Positions 46,481-55,827 of a stretch of 64,000 nt of DNA are shown piece by piece. The stretch is taken from assembly GCA_963808235.1 (NCBI GenBank), contig CAWEEQ010000004.1, positions 224,001 through 288,000 of the forward strand, in the 5' to 3' direction. Positions within the stretch are counted from its first letter, which is position 1. Each line of letters opens with the position of its first letter. The notes below the pieces were generated by a model. It made no database searches. It was not told the DNA's origin and worked only from the letters and a program-made list of their open reading frames with translations. A program made the position numbers and the translations under genes. Origin of the DNA: an uncultured delta proteobacterium (GTDB taxonomy: Bacteria > Desulfobacterota > Binatia > Binatales > Binataceae).

Positions 46481-46693
46481 TATCTGGTGACTTCTCGAAA
46501 CATTGTGGTGCCGGAAACCGATTCTACGTGACAAATCCCATCGTATAGAAATGCTCGCGGTCTACTTCGGGGAAGCAGCGCGACCGATCACGACTGATAA
46601 AATTACGTGCGCTCGTTCATTTCGGCCTTGTGCAAATTGCATCGCGGACCGCATTGTTTTCCCTCCGTGCGAGCCTTAGTCTTCAAACACAGA

Positions 46694-47107
46694 ATGAAGC
46701 TTCCCGACATTTATACTGACTGGAAAATCGTGACTGGAATCGCGCTCGTCATGCTTGGCGCCGGCAATTGGGTGCTCGGGATCGAGAGGACTCAAATCTA
46801 CAGCCGGATGGTGGCGGCGCGAGCGCATCCGGCGGCGGCGACCGACTACTTCGACGAACTGGACGCGGGTGCTGGCGGCGCGGTGCTTGAACCACTCACT
46901 GCTGAGGAAAGGCAGGCTTCGTACGCGACGGCCAGGATGGATTTCTACCATGCCGCGTTTCTGACCGGACGCGTGATGGTGCTGCTCGGACTGGTATGCA
47001 CGTTGTGGGGCTTTATCAGCGTGATTCAGCAGGATTCGCGTCGAGCGTTTCGACGCCCGGAGGAAGCCGGACCTGCGCCGCGACCGTCCGGCTCCCCGCG
47101 CAGTTGA
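46694..47107 (+). CDS. Hypothetical 2-TM membrane protein
   Basis: Two hydrophobic segments; YATARMDFYH. Confidence 0.65.
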   Translation: MKLPDIYTDWKIVTGIALVMLGAGNWVLGIERTQIYSRMVAARAHPAAATDYFDELDAGAGGAVLEPLTAEERQASYATARMDFYHAAFLTGRVMVLLGLVCTLWGFISVIQQDSRRAFRRPEEAGPAPRPSGSPRS

Positions 47108-47161
47108 TCGAGCGGCGCGACTACTCAATTGCCTGACTCCGGCGAAATCGATCCTTCGGCA

Positions 47162-48055
47162 GTGAAGATAATTGAGGAGCGCGCGTGCGCGAAGATAAAC
47201 CTGTTCTTGCGCGTGACCGGGCGGCGCTCCGACGGTTATCACGAACTCGATTCGGTGTTTCTGCCGATTTCGCTTGCCGATGAAATTCGGCTCGAAGTTC
47301 GGAGATCCGAAGAAGTGTCGATCCGGCTTAACTGCGACGCGCCCGCACTCGGCTCGAGCGCGAGCAACTTGGCATCGCGCGCGGCGCGCGCGTTCATGAG
47401 TGAATTCGAGGTGGCGGCGCAAGTTCAAATCGACCTGCGCAAACGCGTCCCCGTGGCTGCCGGATTGGGCGGCGGATCGAGCGACGCCGGCACCGTGTTG
47501 CGCATGCTCGCGACCGCGGCTGGAATCGAGGACGAAGAGGACTGGAGCAGAATGCGTCGTCTCGCGCTGTCGCTCGGAGCGGACGTGCCGTTTTTTTTGG
47601 ATCCCCGACCGGCACGAGTAAAGGGAATCGGCGAGCTGATCGCGCCAATGCCGGCTGCACCGGCCCTTCCGATCGTGATAGCGGTGCCGCCGTTCGAGGT
47701 GCCGACGGCCGCGATTTTTCGCGCGCTCCGGCCCGAAGACTGGAGCGGACGAGCGCCCGACTCCGATATCGACGCGATCGCGCGCGGAGAAATCTCACCC
47801 GCGATTGCCATCAACGATCTTGCGGCGGCCGCGATCGCCCAATTTCCCGAAATCCGCAGACTTAAAGGATTACTTGAAGAGTTGGGAGCGCGCGCGGCCC
47901 AGATGTCGGGCAGCGGCGGGGCGGTTTTCGGAGTGTTCGCGTCAACCGAAGAAGCGGGGCAGGCGGCGGAGAAGGTGAAGAAGCGGGCGCCGTTTGCCAC
48001 CGTGCTCGCGGCGACGACGCTCGATGGAAGAGCTCTGGAAGAGCTTAGGAATTGA
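47162..48055 (+). CDS. ispE: 4-diphosphocytidyl-2-C-methyl-D-erythritol kinase
   Basis: AKINLFLRV, DGYHEL, KRVPVAAGLGGGSSDA, GADVPFF, MSGSG. An alternative TTG start lies at 47129. Confidence 0.95.
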   Translation: MKIIEERACAKINLFLRVTGRRSDGYHELDSVFLPISLADEIRLEVRRSEEVSIRLNCDAPALGSSASNLASRAARAFMSEFEVAAQVQIDLRKRVPVAAGLGGGSSDAGTVLRMLATAAGIEDEEDWSRMRRLALSLGADVPFFLDPRPARVKGIGELIAPMPAAPALPIVIAVPPFEVPTAAIFRALRPEDWSGRAPDSDIDAIARGEISPAIAINDLAAAAIAQFPEIRRLKGLLEELGARAAQMSGSGGAVFGVFASTEEAGQAAEKVKKRAPFATVLAATTLDGRALEELRN

Positions 48056-48096
48056 GCGTTAATGCACAGCCTGTGCATGATCGCCCGCAGCGCGCA

Positions 48097-48125
48097 TTGA
48101 CAGCCAAAAACAGCATCAATAACAT
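48097..48125 (+). promoter_or_regulatory. Sigma70 promoter for the tRNA-Gln-prs-rplY operon
   Basis: TTGACA-17 nt-TAACAT. Confidence 0.65.
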
Positions 48126-48152
48126 CGCAATCCCCGCACACGACTGCAGGTT

Positions 48153-48178
48153 CAAGGTTTAAGGCCAAGGTTTAAGGC
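48153..48178 (+). repeat. Perfect 13-nt tandem repeat CAAGGTTTAAGGC x2, with a third partial copy at 48269-48279
   Basis: Read directly from the sequence. Confidence 0.8.
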
Positions 48179-48354
48179 AGTGTTCGCTGCGAGCAGTGGT
48201 GCGGTGTAGATCGCAGCGGCCAAGTCCGCAAGGGCAGTCCGGAAAGTTCGACGGTTCACGACGTGCCCGTTTAAGGCAGACGGGCGGGCTGTCATTATTG
48301 ATTGGCGAGAGAAGGAAGCAAAGCTCAGCTCAAGCCTTCGAATCTTGAGCGCGC

Positions 48355-48430
48355 TGGGCGGTCGCCAAGCTGGTAAGGCACCAGGCTTTGGACCTGGCAT
48401 TCGAAGGTTCGAATCCTTCCCGCCCAGCCA
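48355..48430 (+). tRNA. tRNA-Gln (TTG)
   Basis: TGGGCGG/CCGCCCA acceptor, CCAGG-CTTTGGA-CCTGG, GGTTCGAATCC, CCA; conserved position between ispE and prs. Confidence 0.96.
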
Positions 48431-48478
48431 GATAAACCGGGCACGGAGTTTGTGAATCGCGATTCGGGAGAATTGAAT

Positions 48479-49438
48479 ATGTCGGACAGGGTCAAAGACC
48501 AACTCGAAGTATTCACCGGGAATTCCAACCCCGTGCTCGCCAAAGAAGTTACCGAGCATCTCGGGGTGAAGATGGGTGAGGCTGAAGTTGGCCGTTTTCC
48601 CGACGGCGAAGTGATGGTTGAGATTCGCGAGAACGTGCGCGGCGGCGACTGCTTCGTGATCCAGTCGATCTGCACGCCGCCCAACGAAAACCTGATGGAA
48701 CTGCTGCTCATGACCGATGCGCTCAGGCGCGCGTCGGCGGGCCGGATCACGGTTGTGATCCCGTATTTCGGCTATGCGCGCCAGGATCGCAAAGTCGCGC
48801 CGCGAGTGCCGATCAGCGCAAAGGTCGTCGCCGACCTGATCACGACCGCCGGCGCGCATCGCGTGCTCACGGTCGATCTGCACGCGGGACAAATCCAGGG
48901 ATTTTTCAATATCCCCGTCGACAACTTGTTCGCGATGCCGGTGCTGGTGAGTTACCTGCGCAAGCGAGTCGAAGGGAAACAGATCTCGGTGGTGTCGCCC
49001 GATGCGGGCGGCGTCGAGCGAGCGCGTGCGTTTGCGCGGCGGCTCAATGCGAACCTGGCGATCATCGACAAGCGTCGTCGCCGCGCCAGCGAGGTCGCCG
49101 AGATGCAGCTGGTCGGCGAAGTCAAGGACTCAATCGCGCTGTTGGTTGACGATATGATCGACACGGCCGGCACGATCACCGAGGCGGCGAAGGTTGTCGC
49201 CAATGCGGGCGCGTCGGAAGTAATCGCAGTCGCGACGCATCCGATCTTGTCGGATCCGGCGTGCGACCGTCTGAACAAATCAAACATCAAGGAAATTGTT
49301 ACGACTAACAGCATTCCGCTTCGCGCGAAGACCCAGGCGGAGCTCTCCGGCGTCAAGGTGCTCTCGGTGGCGAGCCTGCTGGCGGAAGCGATGAAGCGGA
49401 TTCATAATGAGGAATCGGTGAGCTCGCTCTTCACCTGA
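48479..49438 (+). CDS. prs: Ribose-phosphate pyrophosphokinase
   Basis: FPDGE, PYFGYARQDRK, DLHAGQIQGFF, SPDAGG, VDDMIDTAGT. Confidence 0.97.
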   Translation: MSDRVKDQLEVFTGNSNPVLAKEVTEHLGVKMGEAEVGRFPDGEVMVEIRENVRGGDCFVIQSICTPPNENLMELLLMTDALRRASAGRITVVIPYFGYARQDRKVAPRVPISAKVVADLITTAGAHRVLTVDLHAGQIQGFFNIPVDNLFAMPVLVSYLRKRVEGKQISVVSPDAGGVERARAFARRLNANLAIIDKRRRRASEVAEMQLVGEVKDSIALLVDDMIDTAGTITEAAKVVANAGASEVIAVATHPILSDPACDRLNKSNIKEIVTTNSIPLRAKTQAELSGVKVLSVASLLAEAMKRIHNEESVSSLFT

Positions 49439-49467
49439 GGGCGCGCGAATCATGAAGCGAGGACACA

Positions 49468-50211
49468 ATGGAGACCGGTGAACTTTCCTGCGAGAAACGC
49501 GCGACCCGCCCCAAGGGCCGCAACAACGCGCTTAGACGGCAAGGCCGCATTCCCGCAATTTTGTACGGGCCGACTACCGCGCCGACCGCGCTGGCGATCG
49601 ATCGCCTCGAGCTGAAGGCTAGAGTTTCAGCGGCCGCGCACACTCGAATCATCAAGCTCAAATCGAGCACCGCAGAGCTCGACGGCAAGCACGTCATCTT
49701 TAAGGACGTGCAGCGCGCGCCGGTATCCGGCGAAATCCTGCATGCGGATCTTTACGAAGTCGATCTGAATCGCCCGATTCGCGTCGAAGTGGCCCTCAAG
49801 TTCACTGGCAAGGCGATCGGCGTCGCCAACGGCGGAATCCTGTCGCCGCTCGAGCGTACCGCGACGGTCGAATGCCTGCCGCTGGAGATTCCCGATTCGA
49901 TCGAGGTGGACGTCACCAACGTCGACATCCATGACGTGATTCATATCTCATCGGTGAACTTCGTCGGAAAAGTGAAGCCGATTTTCGACACCGATTATCC
50001 GGTCGTTACCGTCCTGCCGCCTACGGTTGCCGAGGTTGCAGTGGTTGCGGCGCCGGAAGCAGTCGAAGGCGCGCCGGTCGAAGGTGCTGCGCCCGCCGAA
50101 GGGGCAGCGGCAGCGCCCGCGGCCGAAGGTGCAGCTGCCAAGGAAGCTGGCGGCGACAAGGAAAAGGGTGGCAAGAAGCCGGAAGCGGCCGAAGAGAAAA
50201 AGAAGAAGTAG
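49468..50211 (+). CDS. rplY: 50S ribosomal protein L25/CTC
   Basis: LRRQGRIPAILYG, ILHADLY, IPDSIEVDV; Ala/Glu/Lys-rich tail. Confidence 0.95.
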   Translation: METGELSCEKRATRPKGRNNALRRQGRIPAILYGPTTAPTALAIDRLELKARVSAAAHTRIIKLKSSTAELDGKHVIFKDVQRAPVSGEILHADLYEVDLNRPIRVEVALKFTGKAIGVANGGILSPLERTATVECLPLEIPDSIEVDVTNVDIHDVIHISSVNFVGKVKPIFDTDYPVVTVLPPTVAEVAVVAAPEAVEGAPVEGAAPAEGAAAAPAAEGAAAKEAGGDKEKGGKKPEAAEEKKKK

Positions 50212-50217
50212 TTCGCA

Positions 50218-50247
50218 GACGCGCGCATTGTTCGCGCGTCGCTTTTG
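50218..50247 (+). terminator. Possible terminator after rplY
   Basis: gacgcgcg-cattgtt-cgcgcgtc-gctttt. Confidence 0.5.
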
Positions 50248-50300
50248 CGGGGAATGGTCCGCCCACAAGCTGGGCGGGCGGGGTGCGGGATGGGGGCGCT

Positions 50301-53300
50301 ATGAGTTTCGTTCATCTTCACGTCCACACGCAGTACAGCCTGCTTGACGGCGCCAACAAAATCGGGCCGCTAATCGAACACGCGAAAGCCTCCGGCATGG
50401 AAGCTATCGCGATGACCGATCATGGCAACATGTTCGGCGCGGTCGAATTCTTTCAGAAGGCCACCGCCGCCGGGATCAAACCGATCATCGGATGCGAAGC
50501 CTACTTGGCGCCCGGCAAGCGCGGCGATCGCACTCAGATTCCGCGCAGCGACGACTTCGACGGCGGCGGCAATTTCCATCTGATCCTGCTCGCGCAAAAT
50601 CGTGAAGGTTACCGAAATCTGTGCCGCCTGCTCACCACCGCCTACCAGGATGGCCTCTACTACAAGCCGCGCATCGACAAGGAAATTCTCGCCGAGCTGT
50701 CCGGCGGATTGATCGTGCTCTCGGGATGCCTGTCCGGTGAGCTTGCGCGATGGCTCCGGCAGGATCGGATGGACAAGGCGCGCGAGACCGCCGAGTCGTA
50801 CGCGAAGATGTTTCCCGGCCGCTACTACCTGGAACTTCAGGACAACAAGCTGCACTCGCCGTACAACGAGGCGCTCCGCGAAATCGGCAAGCAGGTTGGC
50901 CTGCCGCTGGTCGCGACCAACGATTGCCACTACCTGCATCGCGACGACGCCAAGGCGCACGAAGTTCTGCTCTGTATCCAGACCGGCAAGACGATGGCCG
51001 ACGAGACGCGATGGCGTTTCGACACCGACGAGCTGTACGTGAAAACGCCCGACGAGATGGCCCAGGCGTTCGGCGCCGACTCGGAGGAATTGCGCAACAG
51101 CGTCGAGATCGCGCGTCGGGTCGATTTTGAATTCGAGTTCGGCAAGTTTCATTTCCCGCTTTACACCGTATCCGACAAAAACGGCGCCGAAATAAATCTC
51201 GAAGATGAAATGGAGCGTCGTGCGCGCGCGGGCCTCGAAGAGCGGCTTGCGGAAATCCGCGCCCGAGTAGGCGGCGGATTCGAACCGGCGCCATATTACG
51301 AGCGCCTCGATCGCGAGCTGCCGATAATCCGCGACATGGGATTCGCGGGCTACATGCTGATCGTGCAGGACTATATCAGTCACGCGCGCGGCAAGGGGAT
51401 TCCAGTCGGGCCAGGCCGCGGATCGGTGGTCGGCTCGCTGGTTTCGTATTCGCTCGGGATAACCGAGGTCGATCCGATCGAGCACAAGCTGATCTTCGAG
51501 CGATGGCTGAATCCCGGGCGCAAGTCGATGCCCGATATCGATTCCGACTTTTGCTACGAGCGCCGCGACGAGCTGCTGGACTACGTGCGCGAAAAGTACG
51601 GCGCCGATCGGGTCGCGCAGATAATCACGTTCGGGACGATCAAGGGCAAGCAGGCGATTCGCGACGTCGGCCGCGTGCTCGGACTCTCCTTTGCCGAGAC
51701 CGACAAGATCGTCAAGCTCTATCCCGCGCCCAAGCAGGGCCGCGATTTCCCGCTCGCCGACGCGCTCGAGATGGAGCCGCGGCTCAAGGCCGAGCGCAAA
51801 CTGCATCCTGAACTCTTCACCTACGCGTTCAAGCTCGAGGGTCTGCTCCGCCACGCCTCGCGCCATGCGGCGGGCGTCGTCATTTCAGATCAGCCGCTCA
51901 CCGACCTGGTGCCGCTCTACGTCGATAAGGAACGCGACGAAGCCGCGCTCGCGATCACGCAGTATTCGATGAAGGGCGTGGACGAGATTGGACTTATCAA
52001 GTTCGATTTTCTCGCGCTGAAGAACCTGACTCTGATCGCCGACACGCTTTCGCTGATCGCGGCCGACGGCAGGAATCCTCCCGACCTGAACCGGCTCAGG
52101 CTCGACGACGCCGATAGCTACAAGATGCTCTCGCGCGGCGACACCGTTGGCGTTTTCCAGATGGAAAGCTCAGGTATGCGCCGGTTTATCACCGAGCTCA
52201 AACCCTCGAACTTCGAGGATGTGATCAGCGCGATTTCGCTCTTCAGGCCCGGCCCGCTCGACGCGATCGAAGACGGCAAGACCATGGTCCAGCATTTCGT
52301 CGATCGCAAGCACGGCAAAGAACCCGTCGAATACGATCATCCGCTCCTGGAGCCAGTCTTAAGGGATACCTACGGCGTGATCGTTTACCAGGAGCAGGTG
52401 ATGCGCGCGGCGCAGGCGCTGGCCGGCTATTCGCTCCAGCAAGCGGATATCTTGCGCGCCGCTATGGGAAAAAAGAACAAGGCCGTCATGGAAAAGGAGC
52501 GCGAGCGCTTTATCGAGGGCGCCAAAAGCAACGGTCTCTCCGCGCCTCTCGCGACCTCGATCTTCGAAAAAATCGAAGCGTTCGCCTCGTACGGTTTCCC
52601 GCGCTCGCACGGCGCCGCCTACGCGCTCACTACTTATCGGACCGCATACCTGAAGGCTCACTATCCACTCGAGTTCATGGCGGCGCTGATGTCACTCGAC
52701 ATGGACGACGTGGACAAGACCTACAAAAATATCGCTGCGCTGCGCGACATGAAGATTGCCATCTTGCCGCCTGACGTGAACCAGAGCCGGGTCAAGTTTG
52801 CGGTTGCCGCCGATGCGATCCGTTTCGGCCTCGCCGCAATTCGCGGAGTCGGAAGCAAGCCGGCCGAGGCGATCATCGCGATGCGCGAGTCGGGCGGCCC
52901 ATTCGAGAACATGGCGGATTTCTGCCTGCGAGTGGGCACCCAACTCATCAGCCGCCGAGTGCTCGAAGCGCTGATCAAATGCGGTGCATTCGATTCGACC
53001 GGATCCACGCGCGCGAGTCTGATGGCCGAGGTCGAAAATGCGATCAGGATCGCGCAGAAAGCGCAGAGCGACGTCGAGAAAAACCAGATCGGACTATTCG
53101 GCGGCGCGGTCAAAGTTCCGCGCCTGCCGGCTCGCGATCCGCTTCCGGAATGGGACCCTCGCGAAAAACTGAAATTCGAAAAAGAAGCGCTCGGCTTTTA
53201 CGTCACCGCGCATCCGCTCGACAAATACGATCGCGAACTGGCGCGAATCAGCAAGCTCACGACCGCTGATTTGGCCGGCGCGCCCGACGGCAGCCAGGTG

Positions 53301-53789
53301 CAGATTGCAGGCGTTATTCACGCCGTCAAGCTCAAGAACAACAAGTCGGGCAAACGCTACGCGACGTTTTCGCTCGAGGATCGCCAGGGCGCGGTCGAAG
53401 CGATCGCATGGTCAGAGACCTACCAGAAGTTTGAAGCGATCATCATGGGCGACGAGCCGGTGGTCGCGCGCGGCAAGCTCGACGTTGACGATGAGCGCGC
53501 ACAGATAATCCTCGAAGGGCTGACGCCGCTCGATTCCGCGCTCCTCGATTCAGTGCGCGAAGTCCGCATCACAGCCCCGATGAGCCGGCTGGAAAACGGC
53601 GGCCTCGACGCGCTCAAGTCGATGCTCGCGCGCTACCGCGGCAAATCAATGACCTACCTGCACGTAGGCTTCGAAGACGGCCGCGAAGCCGTAATGCTTT
53701 TAGGCGACACCTACCGCGTAACCCCCACCGATTCTTTCATCGCAGAACTGGAACAACTCCTCCCCCCCGGCTCCGTCGAATTGCGCTAG
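50301..53789 (+). CDS. dnaE: DNA polymerase III alpha subunit
   Basis: PHP domain HLHVHTQYSLLDG, GPGRGS, MPDIDSDF, IKFDFL, OB fold. Confidence 0.97.
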   Translation: MSFVHLHVHTQYSLLDGANKIGPLIEHAKASGMEAIAMTDHGNMFGAVEFFQKATAAGIKPIIGCEAYLAPGKRGDRTQIPRSDDFDGGGNFHLILLAQNREGYRNLCRLLTTAYQDGLYYKPRIDKEILAELSGGLIVLSGCLSGELARWLRQDRMDKARETAESYAKMFPGRYYLELQDNKLHSPYNEALREIGKQVGLPLVATNDCHYLHRDDAKAHEVLLCIQTGKTMADETRWRFDTDELYVKTPDEMAQAFGADSEELRNSVEIARRVDFEFEFGKFHFPLYTVSDKNGAEINLEDEMERRARAGLEERLAEIRARVGGGFEPAPYYERLDRELPIIRDMGFAGYMLIVQDYISHARGKGIPVGPGRGSVVGSLVSYSLGITEVDPIEHKLIFERWLNPGRKSMPDIDSDFCYERRDELLDYVREKYGADRVAQIITFGTIKGKQAIRDVGRVLGLSFAETDKIVKLYPAPKQGRDFPLADALEMEPRLKAERKLHPELFTYAFKLEGLLRHASRHAAGVVISDQPLTDLVPLYVDKERDEAALAITQYSMKGVDEIGLIKFDFLALKNLTLIADTLSLIAADGRNPPDLNRLRLDDADSYKMLSRGDTVGVFQMESSGMRRFITELKPSNFEDVISAISLFRPGPLDAIEDGKTMVQHFVDRKHGKEPVEYDHPLLEPVLRDTYGVIVYQEQVMRAAQALAGYSLQQADILRAAMGKKNKAVMEKERERFIEGAKSNGLSAPLATSIFEKIEAFASYGFPRSHGAAYALTTYRTAYLKAHYPLEFMAALMSLDMDDVDKTYKNIAALRDMKIAILPPDVNQSRVKFAVAADAIRFGLAAIRGVGSKPAEAIIAMRESGGPFENMADFCLRVGTQLISRRVLEALIKCGAFDSTGSTRASLMAEVENAIRIAQKAQSDVEKNQIGLFGGAVKVPRLPARDPLPEWDPREKLKFEKEALGFYVTAHPLDKYDRELARISKLTTADLAGAPDGSQVQIAGVIHAVKLKNNKSGKRYATFSLEDRQGAVEAIAWSETYQKFEAIIMGDEPVVARGKLDVDDERAQIILEGLTPLDSALLDSVREVRITAPMSRLENGGLDALKSMLARYRGKSMTYLHVGFEDGREAVMLLGDTYRVTPTDSFIAELEQLLPPGSVELR

Positions 53790-53854
53790 CGTCGCTCCGA
53801 TCGGACTTATCTGATACTCTCAAAACTTGAGCGCTTTGCGCTCGAGGTAAGAAT

Positions 53855-55144
53855 CTGACGAAATCGTACGACGTTTCCAACGAACATCATGAGAGCGCCG
53901 TCCTGGTCGGTATCGAGCTCGGCACCGATCAAGGAATCGGCTCCGAAGAATCGCTCGACGAGCTCAAAGCACTGACCGAGAGCGCCGGCGCCGAAGTCGC
54001 CGGAGTCGTTCGCCAGCGCCTTAAAGCTCCCGACCCGCGCACCTTTATCGGCAAAGGCAAGACTGCGGAGGTCCGCGAGCTCGCGCAATCGAAGGGCGCA
54101 TCACTGGCGATCTTCGACGACGCGCTCACTCCCGCGCAGGCGCGCAATCTCGAAAATGAGCTCAAGATCCGCGTGATCGATCGCAGCCAGCTGATTCTCG
54201 ATATTTTCGCGCAGCGCGCGCACACGCTCGAGGGCAAACTCCAGGTCGAGATCGCGCAACTGAGTTATCTGCAACCGCGGCTGACCCGCCAATGGTCGCA
54301 TCTTTCGCGCGTTCGCGGCGGCGGCGCAGGAGGCGGTGGAGTCGGAACGCGCGGACCCGGAGAAACGCAGCTCGAAGTCGATCGGCGCCGGTTGCGCGAG
54401 CGGCTCACCCGCCTGAAGGCGCGCCTCGGCGAGGTCGAACGCACGCGGACGATCCAGCGCCAGCGCCGTCTCGAAGTTCCTTATCCGACTGTCGCGCTGG
54501 TCGGCTATACCAACTCCGGCAAATCAACGTTGATGAACGCGCTCACCGACGCACACGTCGAGACCGCGAATCGTCCGTTCTCGACTCTCGATCCGACGAT
54601 TCGACGCCTCAAGCTGCCCGGCAAGATGAACGTGATGCTGGTCGACACGGTCGGATTCATCCATCGCCTGCCGCATATGCTGATCGAGGCGTTCAAGGCG
54701 ACGCTCGAAGAGGTGCGGACCGCGACGATGCTGCTCCATGTCGTCGACGCGAGCTCTCGGCTGGCCTCCGAGCGGATGACGATAGTCGATGAAGTCCTGA
54801 ATGAAATCGGCGCGGGCACGGCGCCGCGGCTGGTCGTCATGAACAAGGCCGACCTGCTCGAAAATCCGCTGCGTGGAAACGGCGCGCACGACACGGTCTC
54901 TATTTCGGCGCTAAAGGGCAGGGGCCTCGGCGAACTGCTCGACGCGATCGCGCGCCATTTCGGCGGCTCGCGCGAGGAAGTATCGGTCACGCTGCCGGCC
55001 GGACGTGGAGACCTGGTCGCAATGGCGCGAAGGGATGGAGAAGTGCTAAGCGAAGAGTACAGCGACGGGGTGGTTTCGATGCGGGCTCGCGTGAGTGCGC
55101 CGGTAGCAGGAAGATTGCGCAAGGCCGCGAATGATCGAGCCTAA
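53855..55144 (+). CDS. hflX: GTPase HflX (apparent CTG start)
   Basis: Frame is open from CTG 53855 and encodes the N-terminal ESLDELKALTESAG and FIGKGK motifs; GPGETQLE, GYTNSGKST, DTVGF, NKAD. Confidence 0.93.
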   Translation: MTKSYDVSNEHHESAVLVGIELGTDQGIGSEESLDELKALTESAGAEVAGVVRQRLKAPDPRTFIGKGKTAEVRELAQSKGASLAIFDDALTPAQARNLENELKIRVIDRSQLILDIFAQRAHTLEGKLQVEIAQLSYLQPRLTRQWSHLSRVRGGGAGGGGVGTRGPGETQLEVDRRRLRERLTRLKARLGEVERTRTIQRQRRLEVPYPTVALVGYTNSGKSTLMNALTDAHVETANRPFSTLDPTIRRLKLPGKMNVMLVDTVGFIHRLPHMLIEAFKATLEEVRTATMLLHVVDASSRLASERMTIVDEVLNEIGAGTAPRLVVMNKADLLENPLRGNGAHDTVSISALKGRGLGELLDAIARHFGGSREEVSVTLPAGRGDLVAMARRDGEVLSEEYSDGVVSMRARVSAPVAGRLRKAANDRA

Positions 55145-55784
55145 CCGTTTGCAACGATCCACGATGGCAGCGCCGTCACACAACACGATTCATGCGGTTC
55201 CCAACAAACCGCCGGCGCCGTCGTACGGCCATCTGCTCAATCTGCCCAACTTTCTGACTCTATGCCGGCTCGGCTCGATACCGATTTTCCTGACCTTTCT
55301 GACCCGCCAGCGCTACACCGAAGCGCTGTATGTATTCGCAGCCGCCGCGATAACCGACGGACTCGACGGCACGGTCGCCCGATGGTTCGACTCGCGCACC
55401 GAACTCGGCGCTTTTCTCGATCCCTTCGCCGACAAATTGATGCTGGTGTCCGCGTTTGTGGTTCTGACCATTGACGGCGAACTGCCCGGCTATCTCCTGA
55501 GCGTGGTCGCGATCCGCGATATCGTGATCGTCGTCGGCTACCTGATGATCTCTTTTTTCACCGGAGAGCGCGTGCCGGTTCGTCCGAGCTACCTGGGCAA
55601 GTCAAGCACCGTCTTGCAGCTCGCGTGCGTAATCGCGGTGCTGGCAAGAGCGGGTAACTACTGGCCGAGTTATTTCAGCGCGCTCCTTATCGTGACGGTG
55701 GCCGTCACCGCCTTGTCGTTCGTGCATTACATGTATCGAGGCCTGGTCTGGCTGCGATCGCGCGAGCCCGGGATGTTCGCGTAG
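55131..55784 (+). CDS. CDP-alcohol phosphatidyltransferase (PgsA-like)
   Basis: NLPNFLT.CR, TDGLDGTVAR...GAFLDPFADK. Confidence 0.92.
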   Translation: MIEPNRLQRSTMAAPSHNTIHAVPNKPPAPSYGHLLNLPNFLTLCRLGSIPIFLTFLTRQRYTEALYVFAAAAITDGLDGTVARWFDSRTELGAFLDPFADKLMLVSAFVVLTIDGELPGYLLSVVAIRDIVIVVGYLMISFFTGERVPVRPSYLGKSSTVLQLACVIAVLARAGNYWPSYFSALLIVTVAVTALSFVHYMYRGLVWLRSREPGMFA

Positions 55785-55827
55785 TCGGGCGCCGACGCAC
55801 AATCCCTGGTAGACGATCAATCCCTGC

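Noticed and set aside
48147-48280. Repeats considered as a CRISPR array
   Set aside because: Units are 13 nt, adjacent, without spacers, and no cas genes are present
53855-54173. Frameshifted or truncated hflX
   Set aside because: The upstream region is in frame with no stop; the ORF track only missed a CTG start
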